Below are positions 41,637-52,056 of a stretch of DNA of 52,841 nt, one piece after another. Each line of letters starts with the position of its first letter. Positions within the stretch are counted from its first letter, which is position 1. The DNA comes from Gammaproteobacteria bacterium (GTDB lineage: Bacteria > Pseudomonadota > Gammaproteobacteria > Enterobacterales > Kangiellaceae): assembly GCA_029880585.1 (NCBI GenBank), contig JAOUOC010000001.1, positions 1-52,841 on the forward strand, written 5' to 3'. The notes under the pieces are model-generated. The model was not told the DNA's origin and made no database searches. It saw nothing but the letters and a program-made list of their open reading frames with translations. Both the position numbers and the translations under genes were made by a program.

Positions 41637-41678
41637 CTTGTTTTTATACTCTATAAAATGGATTATTTCACTGAACAG

Positions 41679-43145
41679 TTACATCAAAACCACATCATAC
41701 TGCTCTTGCGTGTACATTCTCTCAACCTGAAATCTCACAGGTTTATCAATCATTGCTTCAACTTCAGCCAAATAAGAGGCTTCTTCATCTAACATTCGAT
41801 CGACAACTTCCTGATTTGCAAGAACAAGATACTGCTGTGCTTCATAAGCTTTTGATGAGCGATAAAGCTCTCTGAAAATTTCATAGCATATTGTCTGAGA
41901 TGTCTTTACACTTCCCTTGCTGTCACAAGTTGGACAAGCCTCGCAGAGGATATGTTCAAGGCTTTCACTATTTCTTTTTCGCGTCATCTGCACAAGCCCT
42001 AGAGAAGAAACTTCCGAGATGTGTGTCTTTGCATGATCTCTTTCCAATGCTTTTTCCAAAGCTCTCAAAACTTGCCGCTTATGCTCTTCCTCTTTCATAT
42101 CAATGAAGTCAATAATGACCATACCTCCCAAATTTCTTAATCTGAGTTGTCGTGATAATGCGGTAGCCGCTTCAAGGTTAGTCTTGAATATAGTATCTTC
42201 AAGATTCCTATAACCTACAAATGAACCGGTATTAACATCTATGGTCACCATGGCTTCAGTTTGCTCAATGACTAAATAACCACCAGATTTAAGCTGCACT
42301 TTACGACTTAAAGCCCTCTCAATGTCTTCCTCTAAATTGTAAACATCAAACAATGGCCTTTGTCCCTTATAAAGCTCAATGTGAGATTTCAACTGAGGAA
42401 TAAACTCTTCAACAAAGCCTAGCAAACGCTGATGAACAGAAGCTGAATCAATCAGAATTTTTTCAATACCAAATGGTACCGAATCTCTGATTAATCTTAA
42501 CACCAAATCCAGATCTTCATGAACCAGACACGGCGCTTTGCAAGCTCTTATATTTTGTTGAATGGCTTGCCAGATTTTTTCCAGAAAAGTTGCGTCTCTT
42601 AATATTGATTCTTCATCAACACCTTCCGCGACAGTTCTGACTATATAGCCAAAACCGTTGGCTTTTTTCTGTTCTTCTATAAGAATATCTTTTAGCCGTT
42701 GCCTTTCTTTTTCATCTTCAATTCGTTGTGAAATGCCAATATGTGAATTATCAGGCATAAGAACGAGATATCTTGATGGAATAGTCAGGTTTGTAGTCAA
42801 TCTTGCTCCTTTGGTGCCTAATTCATCCTTGATGACCTGTACAGTAATGGCTTGGCCCACATGAAGTAGTTCATTAATATCCGGTCTTGAAATATTTTCT
42901 ATATCTTCAGCATCATTGATGGTTGCTATTTCTTCAGCATGTAAAAATGCAGAGCGCTCACGACCAATATCAATAAAGGCAGCCTGCATTCCAGGCAAAA
43001 CCCGCATCACCTTACCACGATAAATATTGCCAACGAGGCCTCTGGCTGATGACCGCTCAATAAATAGCTCCTGCAACATCCCATTTTCAACAATTGCAGC
43101 ACGACATTCCTGAGGAGAATTATTAATTAATATTTCTTCTTTCAT
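41679..43145 (-). CDS. rng: Ribonuclease G
   Basis: GNIYRGKV..VLPGMQAAFIDIG S1 domain, IDVNTG, RLRNLGG.VIIDFIDM, CPTC, YDVVLM end. Confidence 0.97.
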   Translation of the reverse strand: MKEEILINNSPQECRAAIVENGMLQELFIERSSARGLVGNIYRGKVMRVLPGMQAAFIDIGRERSAFLHAEEIATINDAEDIENISRPDINELLHVGQAITVQVIKDELGTKGARLTTNLTIPSRYLVLMPDNSHIGISQRIEDEKERQRLKDILIEEQKKANGFGYIVRTVAEGVDEESILRDATFLEKIWQAIQQNIRACKAPCLVHEDLDLVLRLIRDSVPFGIEKILIDSASVHQRLLGFVEEFIPQLKSHIELYKGQRPLFDVYNLEEDIERALSRKVQLKSGGYLVIEQTEAMVTIDVNTGSFVGYRNLEDTIFKTNLEAATALSRQLRLRNLGGMVIIDFIDMKEEEHKRQVLRALEKALERDHAKTHISEVSSLGLVQMTRKRNSESLEHILCEACPTCDSKGSVKTSQTICYEIFRELYRSSKAYEAQQYLVLANQEVVDRMLDEEASYLAEVEAMIDKPVRFQVERMYTQEQYDVVLM

Positions 43146-43216
43146 TGTACTCCCGTATAAAACAGCTCAGCCAAACAAAAGCTGCAACCTCATATGATTT
43201 AAGCCTGATTCAAAAA

Positions 43217-43705
43217 TCAGCAAAAACGTCTTCTGACATCCCTAAGTAAAATATATAACCAGGGCCACAAAATTGCACTTCCAAGCAAAGGCAACCAGTA
43301 GGTAAAATTCACCTGTACCGGTTGGATCAAACCTGACAAATTCATTACGATTAACCTATTCAATCCAACCAGCACAGCAACATTAAACGCTTGCTTCCAT
43401 TTGGGATAAACTCTGATTCTGTAACAGATCATCGCTGTCAGATAAGCTGTCACCGATAGTGCCAAAGCATTAATGCCAAACAAGGTACCGTCCAATACAT
43501 CAACAAACAATCCAATAATCCAACCAGTAAACACGCCAAAACGCTCTGGCATGGCCATTACCCAGTAAATCAAAACCAAAGCAACAACATCCGGCTTGAA
43601 CAGCGACAGGCCGTCTGGCCAGGGCATAGTGTCTATCAACATGGCGATTGCAAAAGATAAAATAATGACGGAAAGTCCTTGATGTCGAGTATTGAGGCTC
43701 TTCAC
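43217..43705 (-). CDS. mreD: Rod shape-determining protein MreD
   Basis: Hydrophobic; PD..LVLIYW.MAMP.RFGV, D.L.G..FG.NAL, LWPW...LLR; GTG start overlaps the mreC stop. Confidence 0.95.
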   Translation of the reverse strand: MKSLNTRHQGLSVIILSFAIAMLIDTMPWPDGLSLFKPDVVALVLIYWVMAMPERFGVFTGWIIGLFVDVLDGTLFGINALALSVTAYLTAMICYRIRVYPKWKQAFNVAVLVGLNRLIVMNLSGLIQPVQVNFTYWLPLLGSAILWPWLYILLRDVRRRFC

Positions 43706-44541
43706 TATTCTTTCTCCACATCATCTTCTGACCAAACAATTAGAACAGATGCTGTTTGATCAAGTTTTGCAATCGGACTGGCAGTAATTCTTGAAAAAGC
43801 TTGGCCTGAAATACGCTCAACAGAAGTTACCGTTGCAACAGGATAGCCTGACTTGAATCTTCTACCCAATCCTGATGTCAGCAATAAATCACCTGTTTTA
43901 ATATCAGTTGTGTCAGGGACAAAGGGTAACAATAAAGAATCATTTTTCCCTGTACCATAAGCAATCATCCTGTTTCCATTTCTGGCAACTTTAACAGGAA
44001 TTGCATGAGCGGCATCAGTCAGCATAATTACTCTTGAATTTAATAACCCAACCTCGGCCACTTGACCTATGATGCCGTATGAATCAATAACAACCTGGCC
44101 AATATAGACATCATTGATACTGCCTTTATTGATCATGAATTTGCGACTAAACGGGTCACTGTCAATTTGAATAATCTCTGCAACCAGTCTTTTTTCCAGA
44201 GGATTTCGCTCACTTCTGAGCAATTTTCTCAATCTTGCATTTTCAGTTTCAAGAGCAACATATTTCAGCATTTGAGCTCTTAACACCATAGCCTCGGTTT
44301 TTAGTTTATTGTTCTCTTCTCTTAATTTGGCGCGACTCATAAAGTTTTCACCACTCCATGAGAAGAAATCTCCCGGAATATCCGCAAGATAAATAATAGG
44401 CGTAACAAGTGCACCCATTGTGGTTCGAAGTCCTTTTAAAGTTTGTTGGCTATTGTCAATTAACATTAATGCAATTGATAACGTCACGGCAATAAGAAGA
44501 CGTGTTGAATTGAGAGAGGATTGAGAAAAAATTGTATTAAT
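43705..44541 (-). CDS. mreC: Rod shape-determining protein MreC (probable ATT start at 44541; first conventional start is GTG 44487)
   Basis: Coiled coil ENARLRKLL, INKG, GIIGQV, TSGLG.RF..GYPVA; frame open upstream as INTIFSQSSLNSTRLLIAV, preceded by an AGAAGGGG SD. Confidence 0.92.
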   Translation of the reverse strand: MNTIFSQSSLNSTRLLIAVTLSIALMLIDNSQQTLKGLRTTMGALVTPIIYLADIPGDFFSWSGENFMSRAKLREENNKLKTEAMVLRAQMLKYVALETENARLRKLLRSERNPLEKRLVAEIIQIDSDPFSRKFMINKGSINDVYIGQVVIDSYGIIGQVAEVGLLNSRVIMLTDAAHAIPVKVARNGNRMIAYGTGKNDSLLLPFVPDTTDIKTGDLLLTSGLGRRFKSGYPVATVTSVERISGQAFSRITASPIAKLDQTASVLIVWSEDDVEKE

Positions 44542-44677
44542 AACGACACCCCTTCTAACGGCAATTCTTAAACAGACAGTTCTGTTAAAAAACAGTATTT
44601 TATTTTTTATAACAATTTGAATTAAAAGAATTTAATCATTTTAGCCCAGCAAGTTATCAATAGCCAGAATCATTCCA

Positions 44678-45061
44678 TTAAGCCAATTCAATTACCACCT
44701 GAGCAACTGCATAAAACTTTTCATCACTTACACTTAAATGCAAACGATATTCTCCAAGCGCTTTAACCATTTTATCTGTCTTGCCATGTAACTTTAATTC
44801 CGGTTTTCCCAAATGATTATGACATATCTCAATGTCTGGTAATGTGACGCCCTGTGCAACACCCGTTCCCAATGCCTTGGCAAAGGCTTCTTTTGCAGCA
44901 AACCGCTTGGCTAAAAATCTTGATGGGGATTTTTTGTCATACATTTGCTTTTGCTCAGACGCGTTCAACAGTTTGTTAATAAATGATTGTCCATGTTTGA
45001 GGTAGATCTTTTCAACCCGCTTTATTTCACAAATATCAACGCCGATCCCGTAAATACTCAT
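44678..45061 (-). CDS. acpS: Holo-[acyl-carrier-protein] synthase
   Basis: [34 protein letters not shown]. Confidence 0.96.
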   Translation of the reverse strand: MSIYGIGVDICEIKRVEKIYLKHGQSFINKLLNASEQKQMYDKKSPSRFLAKRFAAKEAFAKALGTGVAQGVTLPDIEICHNHLGKPELKLHGKTDKMVKALGEYRLHLSVSDEKFYAVAQVVIELA

Positions 45062-45801
45062 CTTCTGGCTTCAACCATAATCGATTTCATATCAGCAACA
45101 GCTTTTGCAAGCCCACTAAATACCGCTCTGGCAATTATTGAATGACCAATATTTAGTTCATGTATAACTTCAATGGCAGCAATGGGGGTAACATTATGGT
45201 AATGCAAACCATGCCCGGCATTAACTATCAACCCAAGATCATGAGCATAATTGGCGCTTTCACAAATTTGGCGGTAAAACCCATGTCGTTCATGTTCGCT
45301 TTCGGCATCGGCGTATTGGCCAGTATGAATTTCAATTAATTCAGCCCCGGTTCTTTTTGCTGCATCCACTTGCTGCTGTTGCGGATCGATAAACAAAGAG
45401 ACTTTAATCCCATGTTCACCCAACTGCTGACAGGCTCGCTTTATTTTTTCTTCATTTTCAACAACATCCAGTCCACCTTCTGTCGTTAATTCCTCACGTT
45501 TTTCCGGTACCAGACAGACGTATTCAGGTTTGATTTTTTTGGCTATTGCAATCATTTCATCGGTCGCCGCCATTTCAAAATTCAAACGAGATTGAATAGT
45601 TTCCCTGACTAATTCAACATCCCGATCCTGAATGTGTCTTCGATCTTCTCTCAAATGGATTGTTATACCGTCGGCGCCAGCTTGTTCTGCAACCAATGCA
45701 GCCTGAACAACCTGAGGATAATCAACACCTCTTGCCTGCCTGATAGTCGCCACATGATCTATATTGACGCCCAGAAGAATAGGGTTAAATTGGCTCATCA
45801 T
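45058..45801 (-). CDS. pdxJ: Pyridoxine 5'-phosphate synthase
   Basis: [52 protein letters not shown]. Confidence 0.98.
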   Translation of the reverse strand: MMSQFNPILLGVNIDHVATIRQARGVDYPQVVQAALVAEQAGADGITIHLREDRRHIQDRDVELVRETIQSRLNFEMAATDEMIAIAKKIKPEYVCLVPEKREELTTEGGLDVVENEEKIKRACQQLGEHGIKVSLFIDPQQQQVDAAKRTGAELIEIHTGQYADAESEHERHGFYRQICESANYAHDLGLIVNAGHGLHYHNVTPIAAIEVIHELNIGHSIIARAVFSGLAKAVADMKSIMVEARR

Positions 45802-45876
45802 CTTACCTTACTTTTGTTGATGTCTTTTGCAGTATATTTATGACATAGTTTTTCATATGGTTCTGTTCACCTGATA

Positions 45877-46611
45877 TCAAACATCTAACTGATGCAAATC
45901 AAGCCACAATTTCCGGCTGGCCAAAGGTTTTTCACCCAAAACATCAGCCAGCAGCCTTGATGTTATTTTCTGGCTCATTCTAGCATATTCAGGAAAATGC
46001 TCACCAGTCCCAAGTGATAGTATTGCCTGTCCCGAATAACTGTTCTCAGGTGGAGGTTCAGAACTGACACAAACAAATCCCGTTTCTGTCTGATAGGTGT
46101 AATGAGCAGATGGATTAATAGGTTTCTGCTCTATATCTTCAAACCAGTCAGGTGCAATTCCAATAGTCGTTAACAAAGCAACTTCAAAAGTTCTCAAGGC
46201 AGATCCAAATTCGGAAACCAGGGACAAACTTTTCAATAGATTATGGTAGGCAATAAATAACAAAGAAAACTCATGATATTCTGGCAAACACCTGATTAAC
46301 AGCTCGTTGGCATAATAACCACAAATCAGGGCATCATTTTTTAACTGAAATCCCAACTGACTGTCAGCTTCATGATTAGCTTCACAGTTGATCAATGTTT
46401 TTAAATCGCTTTTGCCTGAATATTCCACCAGCAATTGATTAAATGGTTGCAGAACCGCCTTTTTTGCCTGAGAGCGTTTGCCTTTTATACCTTTGGCAAC
46501 AACAGAAAAACGTCCTACATTTTCAGAAAACAGGCTATAGATAACGCTGGATTCCTGATAAGCTCTTGAATGTAATACATAAGCTAATGTCTGTTGTCGC
46601 TGATTATTCAT
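45877..46611 (-). CDS. recO: DNA repair protein RecO
   Basis: AYVLHSRAYQESS, LQPF, GYYANELL, LRTFE, KPLASR; follows era. Confidence 0.92.
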   Translation of the reverse strand: MNNQRQQTLAYVLHSRAYQESSVIYSLFSENVGRFSVVAKGIKGKRSQAKKAVLQPFNQLLVEYSGKSDLKTLINCEANHEADSQLGFQLKNDALICGYYANELLIRCLPEYHEFSLLFIAYHNLLKSLSLVSEFGSALRTFEVALLTTIGIAPDWFEDIEQKPINPSAHYTYQTETGFVCVSSEPPPENSYSGQAILSLGTGEHFPEYARMSQKITSRLLADVLGEKPLASRKLWLDLHQLDV

Positions 46612-46617
46612 AGCCAG

Positions 46618-47535
46618 CTAAGTCAAATTACTATGCTCATCAAAACCCAGAGAACGGAGAGCACGCTCATCATCTGCCCAACCATCCTTGACCTTCACCC
46701 ACAATTCCAGAAAAACTTTGCTATCAAACAGTTTTTTCATATCCAGTCTGGCCTCAGTGCCTACTTTTTTGAGTCGCTGACCGCCTTTTCCTATAACAAT
46801 TGATTTTTGACTACTACGTTCCACCAGAATCAAACCATTAATGTGTAATAAACCTTTTTCATCAGTTTTAAATTGTTCAATTTGCACTGTAATCGAATAA
46901 GGTAATTCATCACCTAATTGCCTGATCAGTTTTTCACGGATAATTTCAGCTGCCAAAAAACGCTCAGTACGATCAGTATAATAATCTTCAGGAAAGACAA
47001 AATCACCTTTTGGTATTGATTTCAAAAGAATATTTTTTAATTCATCAACCTGACTATTTTTTAATGCTGAACCGGGAATAACATGCTTAAAATCATACTG
47101 TCCTGCTAAAAATTGTAATTGAGGAAGTAACGCCGATTTATCTTTGATGGTATCCGCCTTATTAACAAAGATGATAGTTGGTTTTGCTGCTATTTTTATT
47201 TTTTCCAGCGTCAACTCATCATCTTCCGTCCATTTTCCTGCTTCGATCAGAAAGACGACCAAATCAACTTCGTTAATTGAGCTGGAGGCTGCTCTATTCA
47301 TCAATCTGTTAATTGCTCTTGGTTCTTTTTTGTGAATACCTGGTGTATCAACGTATATCATCTGGGCTTGCTCAACGGTATCAATACCCAAAATACGATG
47401 TCTGGTTGTTTGCGGCTTGCGTGAAGTGATGCTGAGTTTGTGTCCCAATAGCGCATTGAGTAAAGTTGATTTACCAACATTGGGACGACCAATAAAAGCT
47501 ACAAAACCGCAAAAAGTGTCTGGCTTATTTGACAT
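46618..47535 (-). CDS. era: GTPase Era (probable start ATG 47535)
   Basis: [27 protein letters not shown] domain VIGKGG. Confidence 0.97.
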   Translation of the reverse strand: MSNKPDTFCGFVAFIGRPNVGKSTLLNALLGHKLSITSRKPQTTRHRILGIDTVEQAQMIYVDTPGIHKKEPRAINRLMNRAASSSINEVDLVVFLIEAGKWTEDDELTLEKIKIAAKPTIIFVNKADTIKDKSALLPQLQFLAGQYDFKHVIPGSALKNSQVDELKNILLKSIPKGDFVFPEDYYTDRTERFLAAEIIREKLIRQLGDELPYSITVQIEQFKTDEKGLLHINGLILVERSSQKSIVIGKGGQRLKKVGTEARLDMKKLFDSKVFLELWVKVKDGWADDERALRSLGFDEHSNLT

Positions 47536-48211
47536 TCTGTAGTTTCTCCAGAACCAGACCAGCTGCAGCCTGCTCTGCTTTACGTCGACTGGTGCCCTGT
47601 CCTTCAATATTTATATCATAGTGGTTAATATGACAGGCCACCCAATAAATCTTGGCATGCTCCTTTCCGCTCGAACGCACAATCTTGTATTCTGGTGTAT
47701 CAATATTTCTGGCTTGCAGCCATTCCTGTAAACGGGTTTTAGGATCTTTTTTCGCCATATCCAGTGACAAACCTGATAATTTGTCACTGTATAGTTTTAG
47801 CACGAATTGTCGGACAGTTTCGAAATCACTATCCAGATAAACGGCAGCAATCATCGCTTCGTATGCATCAGAAAGAATAGAAGCTCTTCTAAAGCCACCA
47901 CTTTTCAATTCTCCACCACCAAGGTAAAGATAATCTCCCAGCTCCAGTTTTTGCGCCATTTCGAACAATGCCTTTTCCTTTACTAAATACGCTCTCAAGC
48001 GACTGAGCTGGCCTTCATCAGCCTTTGGAAGTCTTTGAAATAACTCATGGGCAATAATAGCACCTAAAATTGCATCTCCCAGAAATTCCAATCTTTCATT
48101 ATGTTCAGAATCCGCAGAACGGTGCGTCAAAGCTTGCTTTAGAAGCTCTTCGTTGTTAAAGCTATAGTGAATTGCTTTCTGTAAACGTTTAAGAGGATTG
48201 TCCAAAGGCAT
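47525..48211 (-). CDS. rnc: Ribonuclease III
   Basis: [16 protein letters not shown], ds[15 protein letters not shown]. Confidence 0.98.
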   Translation of the reverse strand: MPLDNPLKRLQKAIHYSFNNEELLKQALTHRSADSEHNERLEFLGDAILGAIIAHELFQRLPKADEGQLSRLRAYLVKEKALFEMAQKLELGDYLYLGGGELKSGGFRRASILSDAYEAMIAAVYLDSDFETVRQFVLKLYSDKLSGLSLDMAKKDPKTRLQEWLQARNIDTPEYKIVRSSGKEHAKIYWVACHINHYDINIEGQGTSRRKAEQAAAGLVLEKLQNVK

Positions 48212-48219
48212 ATGATTGT

Positions 48220-48588
48220 TTACTTATGCTTTTTTATGTCTTCTTTAAATTTGACAATAATGGATATATCGCCAAATAGAGATTCTACTTTGTCATATTC
48301 AATAATAATATATTTTTCACCTTTATCAGTCCGTTTAACCTGAAATGCCTTTTTATCAAAACCTCTGATGTTATCAATAATCATTCTTTTATCCATACTG
48401 GACATGATTTCTTCCAATGACATTGACTCAAAATTTCTTTGATTTACAATTTCCTGCATGGATTTTTTAATAATGCCATGATCCAGATAAATAAGACTTA
48501 CTTTGAAGGTAATTATAGAAAAGAATATCAACATTAAAACAAAAGTCATTGTTGTCCACGTTGATGCGCCAGCTTGATATTTCTTCAT
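48220..48588 (-). CDS. DUF4845-like protein with a pilin-like N-terminus
   Basis: Basic leader, QAG, then a hydrophobic helix; usual position between lepB and rnc. Confidence 0.7.
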   Translation of the reverse strand: MKKYQAGASTWTTMTFVLMLIFFSIITFKVSLIYLDHGIIKKSMQEIVNQRNFESMSLEEIMSSMDKRMIIDNIRGFDKKAFQVKRTDKGEKYIIIEYDKVESLFGDISIIVKFKEDIKKHK

Positions 48589-48659
48589 GCTATCCTCCTA
48601 TTATTTGTGCATAAAATCATAACACAAGCAATTATTCATAGTACAAGCTATTTCACAAA

Positions 48660-49574
48660 TTAATTAAGTTCGCCAGCGCGACTAAAATCTATATCAGTCG
48701 GTATCCAGCTATACCATTTACCATCAAATCCAAAATCAAGGTGCATCCAGATTGCAACTGCCTGTCCAACCAGATTTTCTTCCGGGACAAAATGCGTTGT
48801 TTTCCAATAACGACTATCAAGACTATTATCCCGATTATCTCCCATCACAAAATACTGACCTTGCGGCACCAGAAATACCTGGTCCTGATGAAACCCTTTA
48901 TCTCTTTCAGTTAGATTTGAATTATTCAAAATTTGATATTCAGCGCCTTCTATGGACTCATCAAAAATATCCAGTGGGTAACTTCCCCTTGAGTCAACAA
49001 AGCCGCCCCCTGGAACCTTGTCTTTATTAATTGTTAATCGTGCCTGGCAACCCTCTCCACCTTCATCGGCACACTGAGGGATAATAACAAGCTGCTTATT
49101 AAGGGTGTAAACCACTGTATCGCCAGGCAAACCAATAACTCTCTTTATGTAATCTTCGCCAGTATCAGGGGCTCTGAAAACAGCTATATCACCTCTTTTA
49201 GGAGATTCCATTTCTATAAACTTTTTAGATGTAACAGGCCACCTTAGTCCGTAACGGTACTTATTGACTAAAATAAAATCACCTTCAACCAACCCGGGTT
49301 TCATTGAACCGGAAGGTATCTGAAAAGGTTCGTACAGAAATGATCTTAATACGATAATAAAAAGCAAAATTGGAAAAAATGACTTGGCATAATCTACATG
49401 AATTGGTTCCTGAGCCACACTGTTTATCACATCCTCAGATGCATCTGGCTCTTGCTCAAGAAGTTTTTGTATTGCTGCTTTTCTTGTTTTTCCAGCTGTC
49501 AGTGCATCAACCAGCCAAATAATGCCACTCACTACTGTCAATATTACCAAAATCAAACCGTAATCATTACTCAT
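48660..49574 (-). CDS. lepB: Signal peptidase I
   Basis: EPFQIPSGSM, DYIKRVIGLPGD, MGDNRDNSLDSRYW. Confidence 0.97.
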   Translation of the reverse strand: MSNDYGLILVILTVVSGIIWLVDALTAGKTRKAAIQKLLEQEPDASEDVINSVAQEPIHVDYAKSFFPILLFIIVLRSFLYEPFQIPSGSMKPGLVEGDFILVNKYRYGLRWPVTSKKFIEMESPKRGDIAVFRAPDTGEDYIKRVIGLPGDTVVYTLNKQLVIIPQCADEGGEGCQARLTINKDKVPGGGFVDSRGSYPLDIFDESIEGAEYQILNNSNLTERDKGFHQDQVFLVPQGQYFVMGDNRDNSLDSRYWKTTHFVPEENLVGQAVAIWMHLDFGFDGKWYSWIPTDIDFSRAGELN

Positions 49575-49631
49575 AATAAACCCTGTTCTTTTAACACCAT
49601 ATTCATTTTATTATTTGTGTACCAACAATTC

Positions 49632-51434
49632 TCAATCTTTACCAACCTGCAAAACCGCCAGAAAAGCATCTTGAGGAATATCAACTCTTCCTACCTTTTT
49701 CATACGCTTTTTACCTGCTTTTTGCTTTTCAAGCAACTTTCTTTTACGTGTCATATCACCACCATAACATTTAGCTGTTACATTTTTACGCAAAGCCTTG
49801 ACGGTGGATCTTGCGACAATATGTCCACCAATAGCTGCCTGAATAGCCACTTCGAACATTTGTCTGGGAATAAGTTCTCGCATTTTTTCGACTAATTGCC
49901 TGCCGCGATACTGAGCTTGATCCCGGTGAACAATTATAGCCAATGCATCAACCTTATCGCCATTGATTAAAATATCCAGTTTAATCAGGTCAGCTTGCTG
50001 AAAATGTTTAAAATTATATTCCAGAGAAGCGTAACCTCGACTGACTGATTTCAGTCGGTCAAAAAAGTCCAGAACAACTTCATTCATTGGTAAGTGATAT
50101 GCTAATGCTACTTGAGAACCGACGTACTCCATTTTGGTTTGCACACCACGTTTTTCAACACACAAGGTAATCACGCTGCCCAGATGATCCTGCGGCAATA
50201 AAATATTAGCTTCAACTATTGGCTCTCGCATTTCACCAATATCACCAACTTCCGGTAATTTGGATGGATTGTCCACATAGATAGTCTCACCTTTGTTGGT
50301 AATCACTTCAAAAACAACTGTTGGCGCAGTAGTGATCAAATCCAGATCATATTCTCTCTCCAGCCGCTCCTGAACAATTTCCATATGCAACATACCGAGG
50401 AAACCACAACGAAATCCAAAACCGAGAGCCGAGGAGTTTTCCGGTTCAAAAAATAAAGATGCATCATTAAGACTTAATTTTGTCAAGGCATCTCTGAATG
50501 CTTCATAATCATCGGATGATACAGGAAACAGCCCAGCATAAACCTGTGGTTTAACTTTTTTAAATCCTGGTAATTGAGAACTTGCCGGTGTTTTGGCTAA
50601 TGTCAGAGTATCACCTACTGGTGCGCCTAATATTTCTTTTATTCCAGCAATAACATAACCCACTTCGCCCGCTTTCAGTACATCCAAATCATGTCTTTTT
50701 GGTGTAAAAATCCCAACATGGTCAACCAGATGCGCTTTACCCGTAGACATCACCTGCATCTTGTCTCCCTTTTTCAAGGTTCCCTGAACAACTCGCACCA
50801 GAGAGACAACACCCAAATAATTATCAAACCAGGAATCGATAATCAATGCCTGTAATGGTGCATCAGAATCACCAACTGGAGGCGGAACTTTTGCAACCAG
50901 TTCTTCCAGCAGTTCATCAATACCAACACCTGTTTTTGCACTACATTTAACCGCATCCATGGCTTCAAGACCAATAATATCTTCAATTTCCTGCGCGACT
51001 CTTTCCGGCTCTGCCTGTGGTAAATCAATCTTGTTTAGCACCGGAATAACTTCCAAATCCTGATCAATGGCCGTGTAACAGTTTGCAAGGGTTTGAGCTT
51101 CAACTCCTTGTCCGGCATCGACAACCAGCAAGGCACCTTCACAGGCCGCGAGGGAACGAGAAACCTCATATGAAAAATCCACATGACCAGGTGTGTCAAT
51201 AAAGTTTAACTGATAAGTATTACCGTCTTTGGCTGTATAGTTCAGCGTCACGCTTTGTGCCTTGATTGTGATCCCGCGCTCTCTTTCCAAATCCATAGAA
51301 TCGAGAACCTGCTCGGACATTTCACGATCAGTCAAGCCGCCACAGACCTGAATCAGTCGATCAGACAAGGTGGATTTACCATGATCAATATGAGCGATGA
51401 TGGAAAAATTTCGAATAAACTGTGTGTACGACAT
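49632..51434 (-). CDS. lepA: Elongation factor 4 (LepA)
   Basis: [41 protein letters not shown]. Confidence 0.99.
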   Translation of the reverse strand: MSYTQFIRNFSIIAHIDHGKSTLSDRLIQVCGGLTDREMSEQVLDSMDLERERGITIKAQSVTLNYTAKDGNTYQLNFIDTPGHVDFSYEVSRSLAACEGALLVVDAGQGVEAQTLANCYTAIDQDLEVIPVLNKIDLPQAEPERVAQEIEDIIGLEAMDAVKCSAKTGVGIDELLEELVAKVPPPVGDSDAPLQALIIDSWFDNYLGVVSLVRVVQGTLKKGDKMQVMSTGKAHLVDHVGIFTPKRHDLDVLKAGEVGYVIAGIKEILGAPVGDTLTLAKTPASSQLPGFKKVKPQVYAGLFPVSSDDYEAFRDALTKLSLNDASLFFEPENSSALGFGFRCGFLGMLHMEIVQERLEREYDLDLITTAPTVVFEVITNKGETIYVDNPSKLPEVGDIGEMREPIVEANILLPQDHLGSVITLCVEKRGVQTKMEYVGSQVALAYHLPMNEVVLDFFDRLKSVSRGYASLEYNFKHFQQADLIKLDILINGDKVDALAIIVHRDQAQYRGRQLVEKMRELIPRQMFEVAIQAAIGGHIVARSTVKALRKNVTAKCYGGDMTRKRKLLEKQKAGKKRMKKVGRVDIPQDAFLAVLQVGKD

Positions 51435-51575
51435 AACCCATTAATGGTTCAAAAAAACAAAGGATGCGAATTGTACCTTATTTCGTATAAAAAGTTAGTG
51501 ATTTGTTTATGTGAAAAGACTTGAATCAGGCTGATCTGAGACAAAAGTTGAGAAGAACAATCAAATATCTTCTTT

Positions 51576-51938
51576 TTACTTCTTAATTGTTCTTAAAGAT
51601 TGAATATAAGCCAGTTGTTTTTCAGTTTTACTGGAAAGCTGGTTATCTTCAAGCTCATTAATCAATTCTCGGCGAATTTTTTCTGTAGACTCATTGTTAT
51701 CAGAAGAGGATTTCAGGAAAGCGACAAATTCAGATTTCAATTTAAATTCATCATGACAATTTTGACAGCTGAGATAATACTTGTGTCCAATGGGAATAAA
51801 CTTGATACCCAGAACAGACATCCAATTGGTTTCCCGATACAAATCCCATTTCGTGATACTTGAGCATTGATAACAATGTGTATCCAAAACCGGTTTAATA
51901 ATTTTTTTTTCTTCCATACGTCCTATAAATGTCGACAT
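51576..51938 (-). CDS. Zinc-ribbon domain protein (zinc_ribbon_15-like; probable start ATG 51938)
   Basis: CYQC...WMSVLGIKFIPI..KYYLSCQNC; AGGGGA SD before the ATG. Confidence 0.7.
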   Translation of the reverse strand: MSTFIGRMEEKKIIKPVLDTHCYQCSSITKWDLYRETNWMSVLGIKFIPIGHKYYLSCQNCHDEFKLKSEFVAFLKSSSDNNESTEKIRRELINELEDNQLSSKTEKQLAYIQSLRTIKK

Positions 51939-52056
51939 AAAAGTCCCCCTGACAGCTGACAATATAATACCTGTTTTGAATTTATAAATTGGTATATTGA
52001 TCGTTTTATCTATGTTTTTTGCAAAAAACAGGCTGGTAATCAGTCAACCGCAATGA

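Noticed and set aside
47535-47607. N-terminal extensions in the ORF track for era (also rnhB, yjgA, tsf, frr, skp)
   Set aside because: Longest-ORF artefacts; downstream starts have SD sequences and match homologue N-termini.
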